Assembly (NCBI RefSeq): GCF_006345805.1
Contig: NW_021827379.1
Coordinates: 1-10,484 of the forward strand
Reading direction: 5' to 3'
Length of the DNA: 10,484 nt
Origin: Octopus sinensis
Taxonomy: Eukaryota
Shown: positions 8,257 through 10,484 of the stretch, piece after piece
Layout of the letters: each line of letters opens with the position of its first letter
Position numbering within the stretch: the stretch's first letter is position 1
Translations under genes and position numbers: made by a program
The notes under the pieces: generated by a model
Seen by the model: the letters and a program-made list of their open reading frames with translations, nothing else
Database searches by the model: none
What the model was told of the DNA's origin: nothing

Positions 8257-9413
8257 TCGATGTTATCAAAACCGTTTGTTTCCACTACCAAGATAGCATT
8301 CGAAGATCTTACCTCATCATACAACTCTTCATTAGCTTAATCGTACATTATCATTGAACATTTTTTCTTTTTTATCTGGGAGGCGGGAGTTTGGGGGTTC
8401 TTGTGTGCTTGTGATTTCTCTTTTTGTGCCGAAGAGGAGTGGGTAGGTTTGGTGTCTGTGGGGAGAGGGCGGGGGCTGAGAAGGTGTAGATGGGATGGGT
8501 GTTCAAATCTGTATGATTTGCCTCCTTCCTTTTTCTTGGGTTCTTACTTTCCACTGTCTTCCACGTCTCGTCATCTTCCTTCATTGTTTCCGATAGTAAA
8601 TCCTCCACTCTCACTGGTTCCTCCCTTGGTTCCTCCTGGGTTTTCTTGGTTGGTGAAGGGCAGTCCGCTCTGATGTGTCCCTTTAGGTCACATTTAAAGC
8701 ATCGAGGGATTCTGCCCTCCAACCTGACTCTCCGCACTGTGTCTTCAATTGCTACAATTTTTGACATGTTTTTCAAGCTTTCTTGTGATCCCTGAATGAT
8801 CATATCTAACGTTCTCCCTCTCCAATTTATATTCTCAGTCATAGTGGCCTGGCGGACTACAATTTCATCCTCGTTGCCGAGAAAACAGCAGTCGCCACCC
8901 AGGCCACATCACTTTCAGGCGGAATCCCCTCTACTCTAACCCTAGAAGCTCGCCTTCCAAGGTATATGGGTAGAAGTACCACACTATCAGTTCTTAAAGG
9001 AGTTGCCGAGTTCTGTCTTGCCTTGGCTGCCACTCTGAGGGGAACCTCCACTGTACCAAATTTACTTTCCCTGGCAAGATATGTAGTATCTTACCAGATA
9101 AGTTTCAAAGCCTTCTCTATTTTATCTGTTGGCATAATTTCAATTTTCTTCGCTTCTGTTGAATAAGCTTCGTAAATAATTGTCTTTTAGTTTTTATCTT
9201 TTATGACTCTTGGGGAAGGGACAACTTTACATCGCCACCATCTCTATTTAACATCTTGTAACTCTTTAACTTGGTTAAATTTACCTCCTTATTTTGTACC
9301 TTCGCAACTTTTACAGAATTTTTCTTTTCCATTTTCTTGTTTATTTCTTTAATACGTTTTACAAGATCGTCTTTCGAGGAGGACAGCCCAGAAGAGCTGC
9401 AATCTTTGCACAT
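8257..9413 (-). pseudogene. Decayed gag-like ORF1 of a non-LTR retrotransposon (L1/Tx1-like: RRM-like region plus single CCHC zinc knuckle); no ORF2 in the window
   Basis: ATG at 9413 (MCKDC...). Successive frames give K-rich coil -> KTIIYEAYSTEAKKIEIMPTDKIEKALKLIW*DTTYLARESKFGTVEV...YLGRRASRVRVEGIPPESDVAWVATAVF -> LGNEDEIVVRQATMTENINWRGRTLDMIIQ...RVRLEGRIPRCFKCDLKGHIRADCP (C-X2-C-X4-H-X4-C at 8701-8660) -> E/K/P-rich linker. Three frameshifts and in-frame stops at 9189-9187, 9093-9091 and 8339-8337. The clade assignment is inference. Confidence 0.7.
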
Positions 9414-9564
9414 TTCAAAACAAGCTGCCACAAAGTAGCAAAAACAGTTCACAAAAGTGTTCAAACGAACACTAACACAAAATTACAACACAAAATTTCA
9501 ACGCAAAAATTCAACACGTCTTAACATTATGAAAAATACCAGTAGAATAACTTACTAAAAACCT

Positions 9565-9894
9565 GAGGCGACAGCAATGTTCTCTCAACAATTAGCCAGA
9601 GATGACTTTTAAAATGAGAATATCTGAAATAAACTTGACTGCTCTCACAAACGAGAATACTAAAAATGAACCCGACCGCTCTCAAAAATTAAGCAAAACA
9701 GGAAAACTAACCCAGAATCCTTGTCCGGTAACGGATCGATCCAAAAATCTAATCAGTTCGTGCCAGTCACGAGGCCAAACATACCTGAAAGTTTCATTCG
9801 AGTCCATCCAGCGGTTGTTGAGATATCTTGTACACGGACAAACAAACAAATACGACTGAAAACAACACCCCAGCCTTCGTCAAGGCGGAGGTAA
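9565..9894. mobile_element. Probable non-autonomous Helentron/DINE-1 (HINE)-like element
   Basis: Terminal imperfect hairpin ACCCCAGCCTT-CGTC-AAGGCGGAGGT (9867-9892) followed by AA, short (CAAA)3 tract (9839-9850), internal palindrome GGATCGATCC (9733-9742), and a TGAAAGTTTCAT..TCCATCCA..GAGATATCTTG core. This layout resembles widespread metazoan HINE-type repeats as I recall them. Left boundary uncertain (~9541-9580). Confidence 0.55.
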
Positions 9895-10189
9895 CAAGTT
9901 TCTATGCAAGAAAACGAAATTTTTGAGCGTTAATGTATTTTACATATAATTATATACTTACATGTTCTATACATACAATTATAAACACCTACCTTATATC
10001 ATTATCTTACACTGTATAAAAATAATTGTACACTTCTAGATTTTATATTATATAATCAGTTTTAAAGCTATATTTTATATTAGATTTAGCATTATATACT
10101 TTATATTCCACAGTTATAAACCTTGACTTCATATTATATATACAGTTACACATTTAGACTATATCATATGTATAGATATACACCTATGT

Positions 10190-10414
<225 letters not shown>

Positions 10415-10484
10415 AGAGCTATTTTCATCATCCTTGTGGCTATGGCGAAAGAATGTATCTGGTGGACGCGTCGGAAAGGATTTG

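Noticed and set aside
8460-8499. G-quadruplex-like motif (GGGG-aga-GGG-c-GGGGG...GGG-at-GGG)
   Set aside because: It is the antisense of the proline-rich ORF1 linker codons; no reason to infer function.
9602-9859. 85-aa + strand ORF
   Set aside because: Lies wholly within the non-coding HINE-like repeat; no motifs.

Overview
AT-rich, microsatellite-dense animal genomic DNA. The SINE, LINE and microsatellite content resembles what I recall of Octopus-type cephalopod genomes; this is an inference, not a database match. There is one real protein-coding gene: an uninterrupted minus-strand class A aminergic GPCR (792-2501, 569 aa) with the motifs of alpha-adrenergic-like octopamine receptors (OAMB/OA1 family). 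It has a short N-terminus without N-glycosylation sequons, a long glycosylation-rich ECL2 and an overlapping upstream ORF. Bases ~2.6-7.2 kb are non-coding with many compound microsatellites. Bases 7.2-9.9 kb form a nest of mobile elements: two related tRNA-derived SINE copies, a second SINE-type 3' tail, an R4/Dong-like LINE endonuclease remnant inside an (AAT)n run, a decayed CCHC-knuckle LINE ORF1 with no ORF2, and a probable Helentron/DINE-1-like non-autonomous element. I cannot demonstrate a novel system. The best leads are the ~1.36 kb ORF1-only unit ending in a SINE tail and flanked by a 7-bp direct repeat, and the unusual extracellular and binding-pocket features of the receptor.
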